Of a DNA stretch of 64,000 bases, positions 27,150 through 36,703 are shown one piece after another. The position numbers and the translations under genes are program-made. The DNA comes from Pseudomonadota bacterium. GTDB taxonomy: Bacteria; Pseudomonadota; Gammaproteobacteria; Ga0077536. The stretch covers positions 120,107 through 184,106 of the forward strand of contig JABISZ010000010.1 in NCBI GenBank assembly GCA_018668255.1. The letters run 5' to 3'. The notes beneath the pieces are model-generated. The model saw only the letters and a program-made list of their open reading frames with translations, made no database searches and was not told the DNA's origin. Position 1 is the first letter of the stretch. Every line of letters starts with the position of its first letter.

Positions 27150-28817
27150 TTATCTCTCAGCGTTCAAAGGCTGATTGATGGCACTTAATATAGCCCGCAG
27201 TGAAGCCTCTAAAATATCTGTCGACAAGCCCACACCACAGTACCGTTGTCCATTAATATTAAGTTGTACATAAGTAACAGCTTCGGCATCAGCCCCAGCC
27301 TCTTGGCTAAGTGTATGCTCACTGTACTCAACGAGAACAATCTCACTACCGCTATGACTTTGCATTGCATTTACAAATGCACCTACTACGCCAGCGGCAT
27401 GCCCTTCCAATTGCAAACGATCAGAACCATAGGTTAAGTCCACAACTAAAGAATCTTCACCATCTTTACGAGATAGTTCATAGGAAATCAACTGATATGG
27501 ATTTTGGGTCTCCAGATAGTGTGACTGGAAGAGCGACACTATTTTGTCTGGCGCAACCTCTGATTCTGTCCTCTCTGCATAACCTTGTACCACCGCACTA
27601 AAATCTATCTGAAGCCAACGAGGAATGTTTAAACCTCGTTCTTGCTCCAACACGTAAGCAATTCCACCTTTCCCTGACTGACTATTGATACGTATAACTT
27701 CCTGATAGGAACGCCCCAAATCAGACGGATCGATTGGAAGGTACGCCACCTGCCAGATGTCTTCAGGCTTGCGCTTGGCAAGACATTTTTTTATAGCATC
27801 CTGATGGCTCCCAGAAAATGCCGTAAACACCAGCTCTCCAGCATATGGATGCCTAGGATGAACAGGAAGCTGCGTACAAGCTTTCACACATCGAATAATT
27901 TCGTCCATATTCGAAAAATCTAACTCCGGGTCGATACCTTGACTATAAAGGTTCATGGCCATCGTCACGATGTCCATATTGCCAGTGCGCTCTCCATTGC
28001 CTAATAGTGTTCCCTCTATTCTGTCTGCGCCGGCCATAACACCCAGCTCAGCCGCAGCGACGGCACAGCCTCGATCGTTATGAGTATGGAGGCTTAATAT
28101 GACACCCTCTCTACGAGAAACATGAGTAGACATCCACTCAATTTGATCAGCATAAATGTTAGGAGTGGCCATCTCTACTGTAGCAGGCAAGTTGATGACA
28201 CACGGAGCTTCAGGACGAGCATCCCAAATCTCTAATACCTCGTCACAAACGTCTACCGCGTACTCTAGCTCGGTTCCCGTAAAGCTTTCGGGAGAATATT
28301 CAAACTTCCATTTAGTCTCAGGATATTTTTTTGACTGCTCAAGAACTATTTTTGCACCATCTGTAGCAATCTTCTTAATTCCCGCTTTATCCAAACCAAA
28401 GACCTGCTCTCTTTGCACTACGGAAGTAGAGTTGTATAAGTGCATAATTGCATTCTTCGTGCCAACAAGAGACTCAAAGGATCGTGCGATCAATTCCTCT
28501 CTCGCTTGTGTCAAAACTTGTATTGTCACATCGTCAGGGACCAAGTTATCAGTGACAAGTTTTCGTACAAAGTCAAAATCAGGCTGAGACGCAGCGGGAA
28601 AGCCAACTTCAATTTCCTTAAAACCAACCTTTACCAATAATTTAAACATCTGAAGCTTCTGACTCACGTTCATAGGTTCAATTAGCGCTTGATTACCATC
28701 ACGCAGATCCACGCTACACCAGAGCGGTGCCTTCGTGATTTCCTTATCAGGCCAACTCCTGTTCTTCAGACTCACCAGTGGATAAGGAGGGTATTTCGCA
28801 TGATTAAAGCTTGTCAT
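27150..28817 (-). CDS. leuA: 2-isopropylmalate synthase, long (LeuA type 2) form
   Basis: WCSVDLRDGNQAL, HTHNDRGCAVAAAE, GTLLGNGERTGN, plus a C-terminal regulatory domain. Start placed at the ATG at 28817 (MTSFNHAKYPPYP), preceded by GAGG. The ORF track start is 28841. Confidence 0.9.
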   Translation of the reverse strand: MTSFNHAKYPPYPLVSLKNRSWPDKEITKAPLWCSVDLRDGNQALIEPMNVSQKLQMFKLLVKVGFKEIEVGFPAASQPDFDFVRKLVTDNLVPDDVTIQVLTQAREELIARSFESLVGTKNAIMHLYNSTSVVQREQVFGLDKAGIKKIATDGAKIVLEQSKKYPETKWKFEYSPESFTGTELEYAVDVCDEVLEIWDARPEAPCVINLPATVEMATPNIYADQIEWMSTHVSRREGVILSLHTHNDRGCAVAAAELGVMAGADRIEGTLLGNGERTGNMDIVTMAMNLYSQGIDPELDFSNMDEIIRCVKACTQLPVHPRHPYAGELVFTAFSGSHQDAIKKCLAKRKPEDIWQVAYLPIDPSDLGRSYQEVIRINSQSGKGGIAYVLEQERGLNIPRWLQIDFSAVVQGYAERTESEVAPDKIVSLFQSHYLETQNPYQLISYELSRKDGEDSLVVDLTYGSDRLQLEGHAAGVVGAFVNAMQSHSGSEIVLVEYSEHTLSQEAGADAEAVTYVQLNINGQRYCGVGLSTDILEASLRAILSAINQPLNAER

Positions 28818-28868
28818 ATTAAACCTCGTACAATTAAACATTAACTTTCGGACTGAGAGCCCGAGATG

Positions 28869-28891
28869 GTAAAATTAGAAAATAATTTTAC
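28869..28891. promoter_or_regulatory. 8-bp inverted repeat in the AT-rich leuA/lrp divergent region (candidate Lrp-type operator)
   Basis: GTAAAATT-N7-AATTTTAC. AT-rich context makes chance occurrence plausible. Confidence 0.25.
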
Positions 28892-29002
28892 ACTTAAACT
28901 AGTAGATATTAATTGCTATTTAAGGCATAAATAGTAAATAATTTAGTTTAATCATCTAAATTTATTAGAGATAGTAGTTTAATTAACTAAAAAAGAATCC
29001 TC

Positions 29003-29464
29003 ATGAAGCTCGACAGCACTGACAAAAAAATCTTATCCTGCATGCAAAGAAATGCGCGCATAACTAACTTGGAGCTCGCAGAAAAAATAGGTTTATCCCC
29101 CACTCCATGCTCCAGACGAGTCAAACGATTAGAGGATTCCGGACTTATCGAAGGTCACATCACGGTGCTGAACCAGCAAATGCTTGGCTTAAATGTTACG
29201 GCGATGATTAGTATTAGTATGGACCGACACACACCGGAGCGCTTTGAAAATTTTGAAGAGAAGATAGCCGGACTTCCAGAAATAATTGAATGCAGTATTG
29301 TTACTGGACAGTCTGCAGACTACTTAATTAAAGCAGTACTTCCTGACATGACCTACTATGAAGAATTTTTATTAGGGAGACTAACTCGAATCGAAGGAGT
29401 GACCGGCGTCCATTCTAGTTTTGTTCTTCGGCAAGTTATTAAAAAAAACGAACTGCCTATCTAA
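29003..29464 (+). CDS. lrp: Lrp/AsnC-family transcriptional regulator
   Basis: 153 aa. LDSTDKKILSCMQRNARITNLELAEKIGLSPTPCSRRVKRLEDSGLI HTH plus a C-terminal RAM domain. Confidence 0.85.
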   Translation: MKLDSTDKKILSCMQRNARITNLELAEKIGLSPTPCSRRVKRLEDSGLIEGHITVLNQQMLGLNVTAMISISMDRHTPERFENFEEKIAGLPEIIECSIVTGQSADYLIKAVLPDMTYYEEFLLGRLTRIEGVTGVHSSFVLRQVIKKNELPI

Positions 29465-29532
29465 GGCCACGTAAAGCATTTTAGAGCGCAAATTATAATA
29501 CATTAAAATTCGAAAAAGGATTTAAGTCCAAA

Positions 29533-30138
29533 ATGATAATTGACCCCCTTGCCTCAGAACCTAAAGACGTTTACAAACTCCTGATCGGATCAATTGTTCC
29601 GCGTCCTATAGCTTTCGTATCCTCCCAAAGTCAGGATCGAATCAACAACCTTGCCCCATATAGCTTTTTTACTGGAATTAGCGCAAATCCGCCCGTGATA
29701 GGGTTCAGCCCAATGAAAGTGAAAAGTGATAGAGACCGAGATACTAAAAATAACATAAAAAATACTAGCGAATTCGTCATCAACATAGTCTCACATGGAT
29801 TTTCGGAAGAGATGAATGTAACCTCTGCAGACGTATCCCCAGACGTCGATGAGTTCGAACTTGCTAATCTTACTCCCATAGAGAGCGACCTAGTCGCACC
29901 CCCAAGACTCAAAGAAGCCAAAATAAGTATGGAATGTCGTTTATTACAGATTGTCGAAATCAGCCAGAAACTTCTTGGGGGAGCATTCGTCATTGGAGAA
30001 GTTGTTCGTTTCCATGTATGTGACGATATTATCAGTAACTACAAAATCGACCCCGATAAACTTAAGCCAATCGGACGCATGGGAGGCTTAGAATATACCC
30101 GCACTAAAGATCGCTTTACTCTTGAAAGACCGAAGTAG
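29533..30138 (+). CDS. flavin reductase-like (FMN-binding split barrel) protein
   Basis: 201 aa. VPRPIAFVSS, NLAPYSFF, ISANPPVIGFS. Confidence 0.8.
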   Translation: MIIDPLASEPKDVYKLLIGSIVPRPIAFVSSQSQDRINNLAPYSFFTGISANPPVIGFSPMKVKSDRDRDTKNNIKNTSEFVINIVSHGFSEEMNVTSADVSPDVDEFELANLTPIESDLVAPPRLKEAKISMECRLLQIVEISQKLLGGAFVIGEVVRFHVCDDIISNYKIDPDKLKPIGRMGGLEYTRTKDRFTLERPK

Positions 30139-30165
30139 CTATATAAATATCCATTACCTGTTCGA

Positions 30166-31062
30166 GTGAAAAGAATGATTGGCAAACGCTTAACTTTTTG
30201 GTTAAAAAAAATTCATACAACTTTAGTCGTAATAGGTTTGGTCGCTCTTATTTATAACTTAAGCACTAATAGTTCTGTCGACATTACATCTAATTGGGGA
30301 TTCTTGGTCGGCGCGGGGTTTCTGGTCAGTCAAATATCTTTCTATATCTACTCTTGGAGATTTCGAAGAGTTGCCAGCCTGATGGATATTCAACTAAGTG
30401 CAGTCGAGTCTTTGCGCCTTAACATGCAAGGTCTTTTCTATCATTTTTTTCTACCGTTTTCCGCAGGTGGGGACTTTGCGAAATTTTTTAAATTGAAAAT
30501 GCATCAAACTAGCAAGCAAGTGCGGCTTAGAGCTATCATCCTAGATCATTCAGTAGGCGTATTCTCATTACTTTTAATTGCGACTTTTTTGCTTAGCTAT
30601 AAGGAGCATCCTTTCGAATACCCGCAGATGAATTATCTTATATCAGCCGGCATATGTTTTACGATCCTCGCGATCATTATGGTGTGGAAAAAATACTTTG
30701 TCAGCATTAAGAAATTTATCATTACCAATATGCCAGAGATAGTAACGATATTCGTAAGCTCAGTTGTAATGCAAACCCTTCTATCTTTAGCCATATGGCT
30801 AGGAAGTTTAGACCTAGGTATGGACATCTCATATATGGATGTTTTTTTCGTGATGTCTCTATCGATGATCTTTAACGCGGTTCCTGCGCACTTCTTAGGT
30901 ATAGGTCTCACCGAGATTATGGGATCAGCACTTTATATCTCGATTGGGTTATCGCCTATAGAAGCGATTCAAATGGTATCTTTTTTATATATTTTTCGTC
31001 TAACAATAGCTGTGATGGGAGGGGGCTGGGAATTTCTCGATCAAACATTGACTAGGCATTAA
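30166..31062 (+). CDS. UPF0104 / lysyl-phosphatidylglycerol-synthase TM-region-like membrane protein
   Basis: 298 aa polytopic. WRFRRV, FYHFFLPFSAGGDFAKFFKL motif. GTG start at 30166, or ATG at 30175. Confidence 0.6.
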   Translation: MKRMIGKRLTFWLKKIHTTLVVIGLVALIYNLSTNSSVDITSNWGFLVGAGFLVSQISFYIYSWRFRRVASLMDIQLSAVESLRLNMQGLFYHFFLPFSAGGDFAKFFKLKMHQTSKQVRLRAIILDHSVGVFSLLLIATFLLSYKEHPFEYPQMNYLISAGICFTILAIIMVWKKYFVSIKKFIITNMPEIVTIFVSSVVMQTLLSLAIWLGSLDLGMDISYMDVFFVMSLSMIFNAVPAHFLGIGLTEIMGSALYISIGLSPIEAIQMVSFLYIFRLTIAVMGGGWEFLDQTLTRH

Positions 31063-32428
31063 TTCGATCCACAGAAACCGTTGAAGTAGGAGATTTTGGG
31101 TATTCCCGAAACAGCCTTCGAGCAGGGAGGCTGTCGGCTTTCATTAGGTCTGGAACACGATTTATTGCGAAATTTAAAAGCATATTGGTGGACCGTCGAT
31201 AGACGTACTGAGGTTCGATATCAGCGCCAATGATAGATTTTCCATCATAAGATCCCAACCCTAAGTGTAAAAACTTACTTTTTCGTTCGATTGCTATCCG
31301 AACGACCTCGTTAATTAACTGGAACCATTCTCCCCCTGGAGAGCGTTTGTCTCTTCCAAAAAAAGTAGCAAAGGTGTTCTCGTCATCAAATATTACCATC
31401 CCATGAGCGATACGTTTACTCTCCGAAACAACAGTGACGAGCAAGCTATTAGGCCCGAGTATCAGATCCATGTTTTCATAATAACCTGGCGTCAAAGCTT
31501 CTCTCATAAAACCACGGGTATCGGACCTTATAATCCCGGCTTGATGTGACCATAGGTGAGAATCGCTCGCGAAATTTTGAATCACTTCCACAGCGTTTCC
31601 CCCTAACTCAGCATGCCTCAATCTCCTCTTGATATCTTTACGGTACCGGGCACGGAAGCTATTCAAATAAGAATCGTAGCTCTTCCATTTAATTTTAATC
31701 CGCGCTAAAGGAAAATTAGACCGTGTCTTATACCCTCGGCCTTCAAGTGCTTTGAAAAAATCTCGTTCATTTTCGAGGAAATCTCGGAGAACTAATAACT
31801 TGCTGTTTTTCTTAGAGGCTATATCTTGCATGGCCGTCTCGACATACATCATGATTTGGCGTCGACAAACTCCGTCTTTGTTAGAAATAGAGCAGCCAGA
31901 AACGAGTGGCGTAGCACACTCTGTGATCCGAAGACTTAATAAAGAGGGCCATATTTTTCTAATTTTTTTTACAACATTGAAACAAAACCTAGGCAAGAGC
32001 TGCGCAAAATCAGTAATCACAGTGTAAACGCACGCATGCCCGACTATATTACCCGTCTCGTCATACACGACCGGGTAGAAGTAATCGCAACCTGATATTT
32101 TTGCTGATTCAACAGCTCTTAGATAGCCATGAGATCTAGTGATACCAGATGAACCTACTATCTCATCCCAATCAGTTCTAGAGATCTTCAAAATTGAGTC
32201 GAAAACTTTTAAACTGTATTGCCCAACAGAGCTTGTACTGGTTTCGACACAAGCCTCCTTGTCATCATGCGCCTTTAACTGTGACTGATTTGAATTCATA
32301 AGCGCACAACGACCGATAATGTGTGAAGCATATTTAATATACGATAAACCGTAAGACGTGCCATGATAACACTTAATTTTTTGCAGACGAGGGAAATGTG
32401 CAGCTCCAAGATGAACTGCTCTTACCAT
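31052..32428 (-). CDS. FemAB-like / GNAT-fold acyltransferase family protein (DUF482/BioF2-like pattern)
   Basis: N-terminal ISRTDWDEIV...HGYLRAVESA pattern and C-terminal GNAT-like region (MVIFDDENTFATFFG...LHLGLGSYDGK). The start may instead be the ATG at 32299 (MNSNQS). Its 3' end overlaps the convergent gene by 11 nt. Confidence 0.5.
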   Translation of the reverse strand: MVRAVHLGAAHFPRLQKIKCYHGTSYGLSYIKYASHIIGRCALMNSNQSQLKAHDDKEACVETSTSSVGQYSLKVFDSILKISRTDWDEIVGSSGITRSHGYLRAVESAKISGCDYFYPVVYDETGNIVGHACVYTVITDFAQLLPRFCFNVVKKIRKIWPSLLSLRITECATPLVSGCSISNKDGVCRRQIMMYVETAMQDIASKKNSKLLVLRDFLENERDFFKALEGRGYKTRSNFPLARIKIKWKSYDSYLNSFRARYRKDIKRRLRHAELGGNAVEVIQNFASDSHLWSHQAGIIRSDTRGFMREALTPGYYENMDLILGPNSLLVTVVSESKRIAHGMVIFDDENTFATFFGRDKRSPGGEWFQLINEVVRIAIERKSKFLHLGLGSYDGKSIIGADIEPQYVYRRSTNMLLNFAINRVPDLMKADSLPARRLFREYPKSPTSTVSVDRINA

Positions 32429-32452
32429 CAGAGAATCTGTGGTTTCAGGGAA

Positions 32453-33001
32453 TCAGCTGCGTGAGGATACTAGCTGTAAAAATTCAGATCGAGTCCTATC
32501 AGACGAAAGAAAGGTACCCAACATAGAAGAAGAAACCATGGAAGAATTCTGCTTTTGAACTCCTCTCATCATCATGCAAAGATGCCTAGCTTCTATAATA
32601 ACTCCGACACCTAAGGGCTTCACCATATCAAACACCGCAGTAGCTATCTCATGAGTGAGCTTTTCTTGAATTTGAAGACGCCTAGAAAACATATCACTTA
32701 TTCTGGCAAGCTTACTGACCCCGAGTACTTTTCCATCTGGGATATAACCGATATGACATCGGCCAAAGAAAGGCAACATATGATGCTCACAAAGACTATA
32801 TATCTCAATATCCTTAACTATCACCATCTCCCTTGAGACAGATTCAAAAAGAGCACCATTAACAATCGTCGTTAAGTCTTCATCAGCACCAGACGTAAGG
32901 AATTGTAATGCTTTAGCAGCTCTCTCAGGGGTTTTTTGCAGTCCTTCGCGAGATGGATCTTCTCCAATCGACTTTAGCATTTTTAGAAACAAATCTTGCA
33001 T
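32453..33001 (-). CDS. folE: GTP cyclohydrolase I
   Basis: [47 protein letters not shown]. Start placed at the ATG at 33001. The ORF track TTG is at 33031. Confidence 0.9.
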   Translation of the reverse strand: MQDLFLKMLKSIGEDPSREGLQKTPERAAKALQFLTSGADEDLTTIVNGALFESVSREMVIVKDIEIYSLCEHHMLPFFGRCHIGYIPDGKVLGVSKLARISDMFSRRLQIQEKLTHEIATAVFDMVKPLGVGVIIEARHLCMMMRGVQKQNSSMVSSSMLGTFLSSDRTRSEFLQLVSSRS

Positions 33002-33116
33002 AGTAATTCCCAGTGGTTGAGTAATTTCCAATTAATTCAATTACGACGCTGCAGGACGAAAGGATCCTTTGCTCTGGCGCTCAATTAATATTCACCTGAG
33101 GGAATCTAATCTCTCA

Positions 33117-34688
33117 CTACCGCTTTATCGCTGCCCCAATCTGTTGCTCAAGTATAACCTCTATTAAATGAGGGCCGTGAGTATCCATCGCGCGACTAAA
33201 CTCATGATCAAATTCTGCGACCGTATTTACTGTATTAGCACTAACGCCCATACCTTGCGCAATCTTGACCCAGTCAATAGTTGGATTAGATAAATCGAGC
33301 ATAGACAGCGTCTTTTCAGTCGGCTCACCTGCGCGGGTCCGGTGCAGCTCGACATTCAAGATGTTGTAGCTACTGTTATTCAATAAAACTATCGTCACAT
33401 CGGTCTTCTCTCGAGCCATACTCCAAAGTGCCTGAACGGTATACATGGCGCTTCCATCAGCCTGTAACCCAACTACTTTCCTATCTGGGCACGCGATGCT
33501 TGCACCTAGGCATACAGGCAATCCGTATCCGATCGATCCTCCTGTTATTGCCAACCAATCGTGTTTAGGGGCATTTTGTGTCTGGACGAATAACTCAAGT
33601 CCACTGCTAATACCTTCATCTACTAAAATAGTATTTTCGGGAATACGAAGGGATACTATTTGTCCTACCGTAGTTGGGGTTAGCTCATCTGATGAGACTT
33701 TGTGTTTTGCCGCAGGTTGGGCTGTAAAAGTATTTGGCGCGCCAATTCTTTCTGTTAAATCAGTCAATGCTTGTAAGATATCTTCATCCGGCATCGCGAG
33801 CGATGACACCATGCAGTTATCAGGGAATAGCGTACTCGAAACACCCGGATATGCAAAAAAAGCAACTGGAGCAGGAGCACCTATCAAGATTAGCTGCTCA
33901 AATTCAGCCAGAAAATCAATTGCTTGCTCAGCAAAATATGGTACACGCGCAACCGGAACTCTACCCGCACCTCTTTGCAGTCGCGCAGGGAAAGTTTCAC
34001 CTAAAAGAGTCACACCGGTGCTCTCACTGATTCGACCCGCGAGCTCTAGTGTATCTTCATGTAATGCTCTTCCACCAAGTACAAAAGCAGTTTTACGCCC
34101 ATTATTTAGCAGCTTAGTACACGAGTCTAATGTTGAAATAGGCACCTCAGACAAGGGCTCGGGCTTGATTCGGTCGTAAGATTTAGTCGCGGACTCCCAT
34201 GCATGATTAGCAGGAACTACTAAAGTAGCAATTCTACCTGCTCCTGAAAGCGAGGCTGAAACAGCTTCCGCTCCGGCCATGGAGAGGTCTTCAGCAGAGT
34301 CAGTGAATTTGTACCAATGTGAGTGAATCTTCACGTGAGCTTCAACATCGGAAGTAAGTGGTGCATCATGCTGGTGGTGCCAAACAGCATGATCTCCCAC
34401 TATATTAACGATAGCTGATCGTGCGCGGCGAGCATTGTGCAGGTTGGCCATACTATTAGCGTAACCTGGCCCAAGGTGCAGAAGTGTAATAGCTGGTTTT
34501 CCAGAAAGTCGAGCGTACCCATCAGCAGCTCCACTCACTACGCCCTCAAACAAACAGAGAATAGAACGGACATTGTCGGTCTTACCAATTGCAGTTACCA
34601 AATGCATTTCGGAGGTTCCGGGATTAGAGAAGCACACCTCTATTCCAGATTCCATTAAAGTCTCTAACAATGCATGGGCACCATTCAT
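33117..34688 (-). CDS. thiamine-diphosphate enzyme (acetolactate synthase large subunit / benzoylformate decarboxylase-like)
   Basis: 523 aa. FSNPGTSEMH, GAADGYAR, and the ThDP motif GGSIGYGLP...GLQADGSAMYTVQALWSMAREKTDVTIVLLNNSSY. Confidence 0.8.
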   Translation of the reverse strand: MNGAHALLETLMESGIEVCFSNPGTSEMHLVTAIGKTDNVRSILCLFEGVVSGAADGYARLSGKPAITLLHLGPGYANSMANLHNARRARSAIVNIVGDHAVWHHQHDAPLTSDVEAHVKIHSHWYKFTDSAEDLSMAGAEAVSASLSGAGRIATLVVPANHAWESATKSYDRIKPEPLSEVPISTLDSCTKLLNNGRKTAFVLGGRALHEDTLELAGRISESTGVTLLGETFPARLQRGAGRVPVARVPYFAEQAIDFLAEFEQLILIGAPAPVAFFAYPGVSSTLFPDNCMVSSLAMPDEDILQALTDLTERIGAPNTFTAQPAAKHKVSSDELTPTTVGQIVSLRIPENTILVDEGISSGLELFVQTQNAPKHDWLAITGGSIGYGLPVCLGASIACPDRKVVGLQADGSAMYTVQALWSMAREKTDVTIVLLNNSSYNILNVELHRTRAGEPTEKTLSMLDLSNPTIDWVKIAQGMGVSANTVNTVAEFDHEFSRAMDTHGPHLIEVILEQQIGAAIKR

Positions 34689-34832
34689 AGTCTTCGCCTT
34701 CGCCTATACAAGCAATTTAATAATCATCGTATTGTACATTTTTTCGCCAACCTATCGAAATATAGTTCGGTTATAGCTAATTCATCTCGACAAATTAATC
34801 TGGCATTACCTGCATAAAAGATGTCTACAATT

Positions 34833-35186
34833 TTAGTCTTTCGGCGTATCTAAGAGTAGTCGTCTGCAAGGGAGATCATACATATCTCTTAGAATCTCAA
34901 ACTTCCTCCAGTCTCTTTCAATGATACTAGTCATCTCTTCCGATGCTTCGGCCATTCGGAAAACAGTTTCCTCGTTTGTTAGCATTCGCCGAGAGAAACC
35001 TATAGCTTCTTCTCCTAACTGGTAAAGTTCTTCATATTGACCTACTCTGCTTACTTTTGTGGAATTGAAAAAATATGCTGCACAATGAGCGAAACTATAT
35101 TTTTGCGGAGCGAGAATCTCATCAGCCGATGCCTGCCCCGACAAGAAGAACAGCACCCACGGGAAGAAAAAATATTTCACTTTCAC
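34833..35186 (-). CDS. hypothetical secreted protein
   Basis: 117 aa with signal peptide MKVKYFFFPWVLFFLSGQASA. No family recognised. Confidence 0.4.
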   Translation of the reverse strand: MKVKYFFFPWVLFFLSGQASADEILAPQKYSFAHCAAYFFNSTKVSRVGQYEELYQLGEEAIGFSRRMLTNEETVFRMAEASEEMTSIIERDWRKFEILRDMYDLPCRRLLLDTPKD

Positions 35187-35246
35187 GAATTAATTCTCCA
35201 TCTTACGCCAAAAAACATTCCACTACTCTGTGGCGTGTATTCCTTG

Positions 35247-35714
35247 CTAAGCTGCTTGTTGCAGATACGACGTCATAAAAGCGTGAATACTGACATCGAC
35301 TCGAGTGCTTAAGTCATCGTTCAATATGCTGTAGACTAAGTCGTCGCGCGCGCGAATATTTTGGTAAACGATGCAGCCATCGGGTCCAGCACCTTCGATA
35401 TGCGTTTCCACGCCTTGGGCGATCGCGAAGTGACCTGTCGGTCGAATTTCGTGGCGTTCGCTACCATCATCTTGTGGTTCCCAGATATGCTGTTCACCAT
35501 GCAGGACCAAGGCTGAACTCGGTTGATGATGCCTATGGTAAAAGCATTTCTGGTTCGCTTCGAAATTGAAGAGAAGGTCGATCACCCGTGTTTCTGCGTC
35601 GACATTCAAGAGATGGTAAGAAAAACCCGTGTAAGTACCAAAAGCTTGCCAAGCAATATTGGCAGGATTGAAATTGAGTTGGTCTAGGTCCTGGCTCATG
35701 TGCTCATCCTTCAT
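35247..35714 (-). CDS. cupin-like hypothetical protein
   Basis: 155 aa. FYHRHHQPSSALVLHGE resembles cupin motif 1. Visibly more GC-rich than its neighbours. Confidence 0.45.
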   Translation of the reverse strand: MKDEHMSQDLDQLNFNPANIAWQAFGTYTGFSYHLLNVDAETRVIDLLFNFEANQKCFYHRHHQPSSALVLHGEQHIWEPQDDGSERHEIRPTGHFAIAQGVETHIEGAGPDGCIVYQNIRARDDLVYSILNDDLSTRVDVSIHAFMTSYLQQAA

Positions 35715-35976
35715 GTTATTTAGTTCGCCTAAAGTAGCAAACGATTTTGCTTACCGCCATTTACTTTGCAACAGTCACTGACTTTGATAGGACTGTGGCC
35801 ATGTGGGAGAGGAGCACCGAATAGTTTACAAGAACTTATTTTTAAGCTTCATGAAAGTTAAAAAATACGATTGCCTTATAAATCAATGGCTTCTTTTAAT
35901 TTACTATTCCCACTTAATAATTTATAACCTATAAGTTGCCGGAAACAGACGATAAAAGAATAGTTTGTAACAATTC

Positions 35977-36306
35977 TTAATGTATACGCCCATTTTTATC
36001 CCACTTGGTAAATGCATCTTCCCAACTTGGGATACTGTTTGCTTCGTATCCATAAACTTTCCCGCTGCCAATCTTAGAAAGCGATTTCATAGCTTTTAAA
36101 TGGGGAGGAGATGTTAAATAACCTAACATGTGCTCTTTTGATTTCCACACAGTTAATGTGTGTTGGTATCCATTACGTGAATGGAACGCACAATGCAGTA
36201 TTCCTTCAGCTTTTTGGGCATCTTTTGACGCGGGGATTGTTAATGTCCAAAACCTTATCCAACCAATTAAACCTTTTGGTTTAAGTCCTGTTATTGATAC
36301 ATACAT
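35977..36306 (-). CDS. small ABM/Dabb-fold-like hypothetical protein (DUF3291-like pattern)
   Basis: 109 aa. HTLTVWKSKEHMLGYLTSPPHLKAM resembles the ferredoxin-like monooxygenase-fold C-terminal pattern. Confidence 0.4.
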   Translation of the reverse strand: MYVSITGLKPKGLIGWIRFWTLTIPASKDAQKAEGILHCAFHSRNGYQHTLTVWKSKEHMLGYLTSPPHLKAMKSLSKIGSGKVYGYEANSIPSWEDAFTKWDKNGRIH

Positions 36307-36402
36307 TTATTAAAAACCCATAAATAATACATTAATATAAAATAATAAGTTATTGATATTATTATATATTATTTCAATTTTATAATAACAGCAGTCCTTT
36401 TT

Positions 36403-36612
36403 TTGCATAAATCAATAACTTACAAAAGGCAATCTTGTTGCATGTCCTTGTCTGCTACGGATGACAATTGCACGACTTATATGTTTAGTCGCTGGAAAAC
36501 ATTAAAAGATTGGGATCACTATTTAAATCATAGAAGAGATATTTCTCCAGATTGGTTTAAACCTATGTGTGAACCTGAAACTTGTCTTCGCTTGCGTGAA
36601 CTGGAAACCTAG
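36403..36612 (+). pseudogene. possible N-terminally truncated ABM-domain remnant
   Basis: 69-aa ORF from a TTG. SCCMSLSATDDNCTTYMFSRWKTLKDWDHYLNH looks like the second half of an ABM domain. The upstream sequence is an extremely AT-rich tract with no room for the first half. Confidence 0.25.
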
Positions 36613-36617
36613 TCCAA

Positions 36618-36661
36618 CTAAAAATAACAAAGAAGGTGAGCGGCTCTTTGTAACTTCTTTG
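36618..36661 (-). terminator. putative intrinsic terminator of guaA
   Basis: On the minus strand, CAAAGAAG...CTTCTTTG (8-bp stem, 36628-36635 with 36654-36661, 18-nt loop) is followed by TTATTTTTAG (complement of 36618-36627). Lies 43-86 nt past the guaA stop. Confidence 0.45.
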
Positions 36662-36703
36662 CAACTCGAAATTTATATGAATCAATAGGTTAGTGGCGCT
36701 CTA

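Noticed and set aside
28920-28955. An 11-codon mini-ORF (MIKLNYLLFMP, minus strand) upstream of leuA that could be a leucine leader peptide.
   Set aside because: It has only 3 non-consecutive Leu codons. No alternative terminator/antiterminator hairpins with a U-tract follow it. In AT-rich DNA such mini-ORFs arise easily.
33059-33070. 12-bp palindrome AAAGGATCCTTT between the TPP-enzyme gene and folE, a possible terminator or riboswitch element.
   Set aside because: With no loop, the usable RNA stem is only about 4 bp. There is no U-tract. I could not match the 85-nt spacer to a THF or preQ1-type riboswitch pattern by eye.
34689-36703. Interpreting the mosaic patch as a genomic island integrated at the 3' end of guaA.
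   Set aside because: I found no integrase or recombinase gene, no direct repeat of the guaA 3' end, and no tRNA in the patch. Only the compositional oddity is reported.
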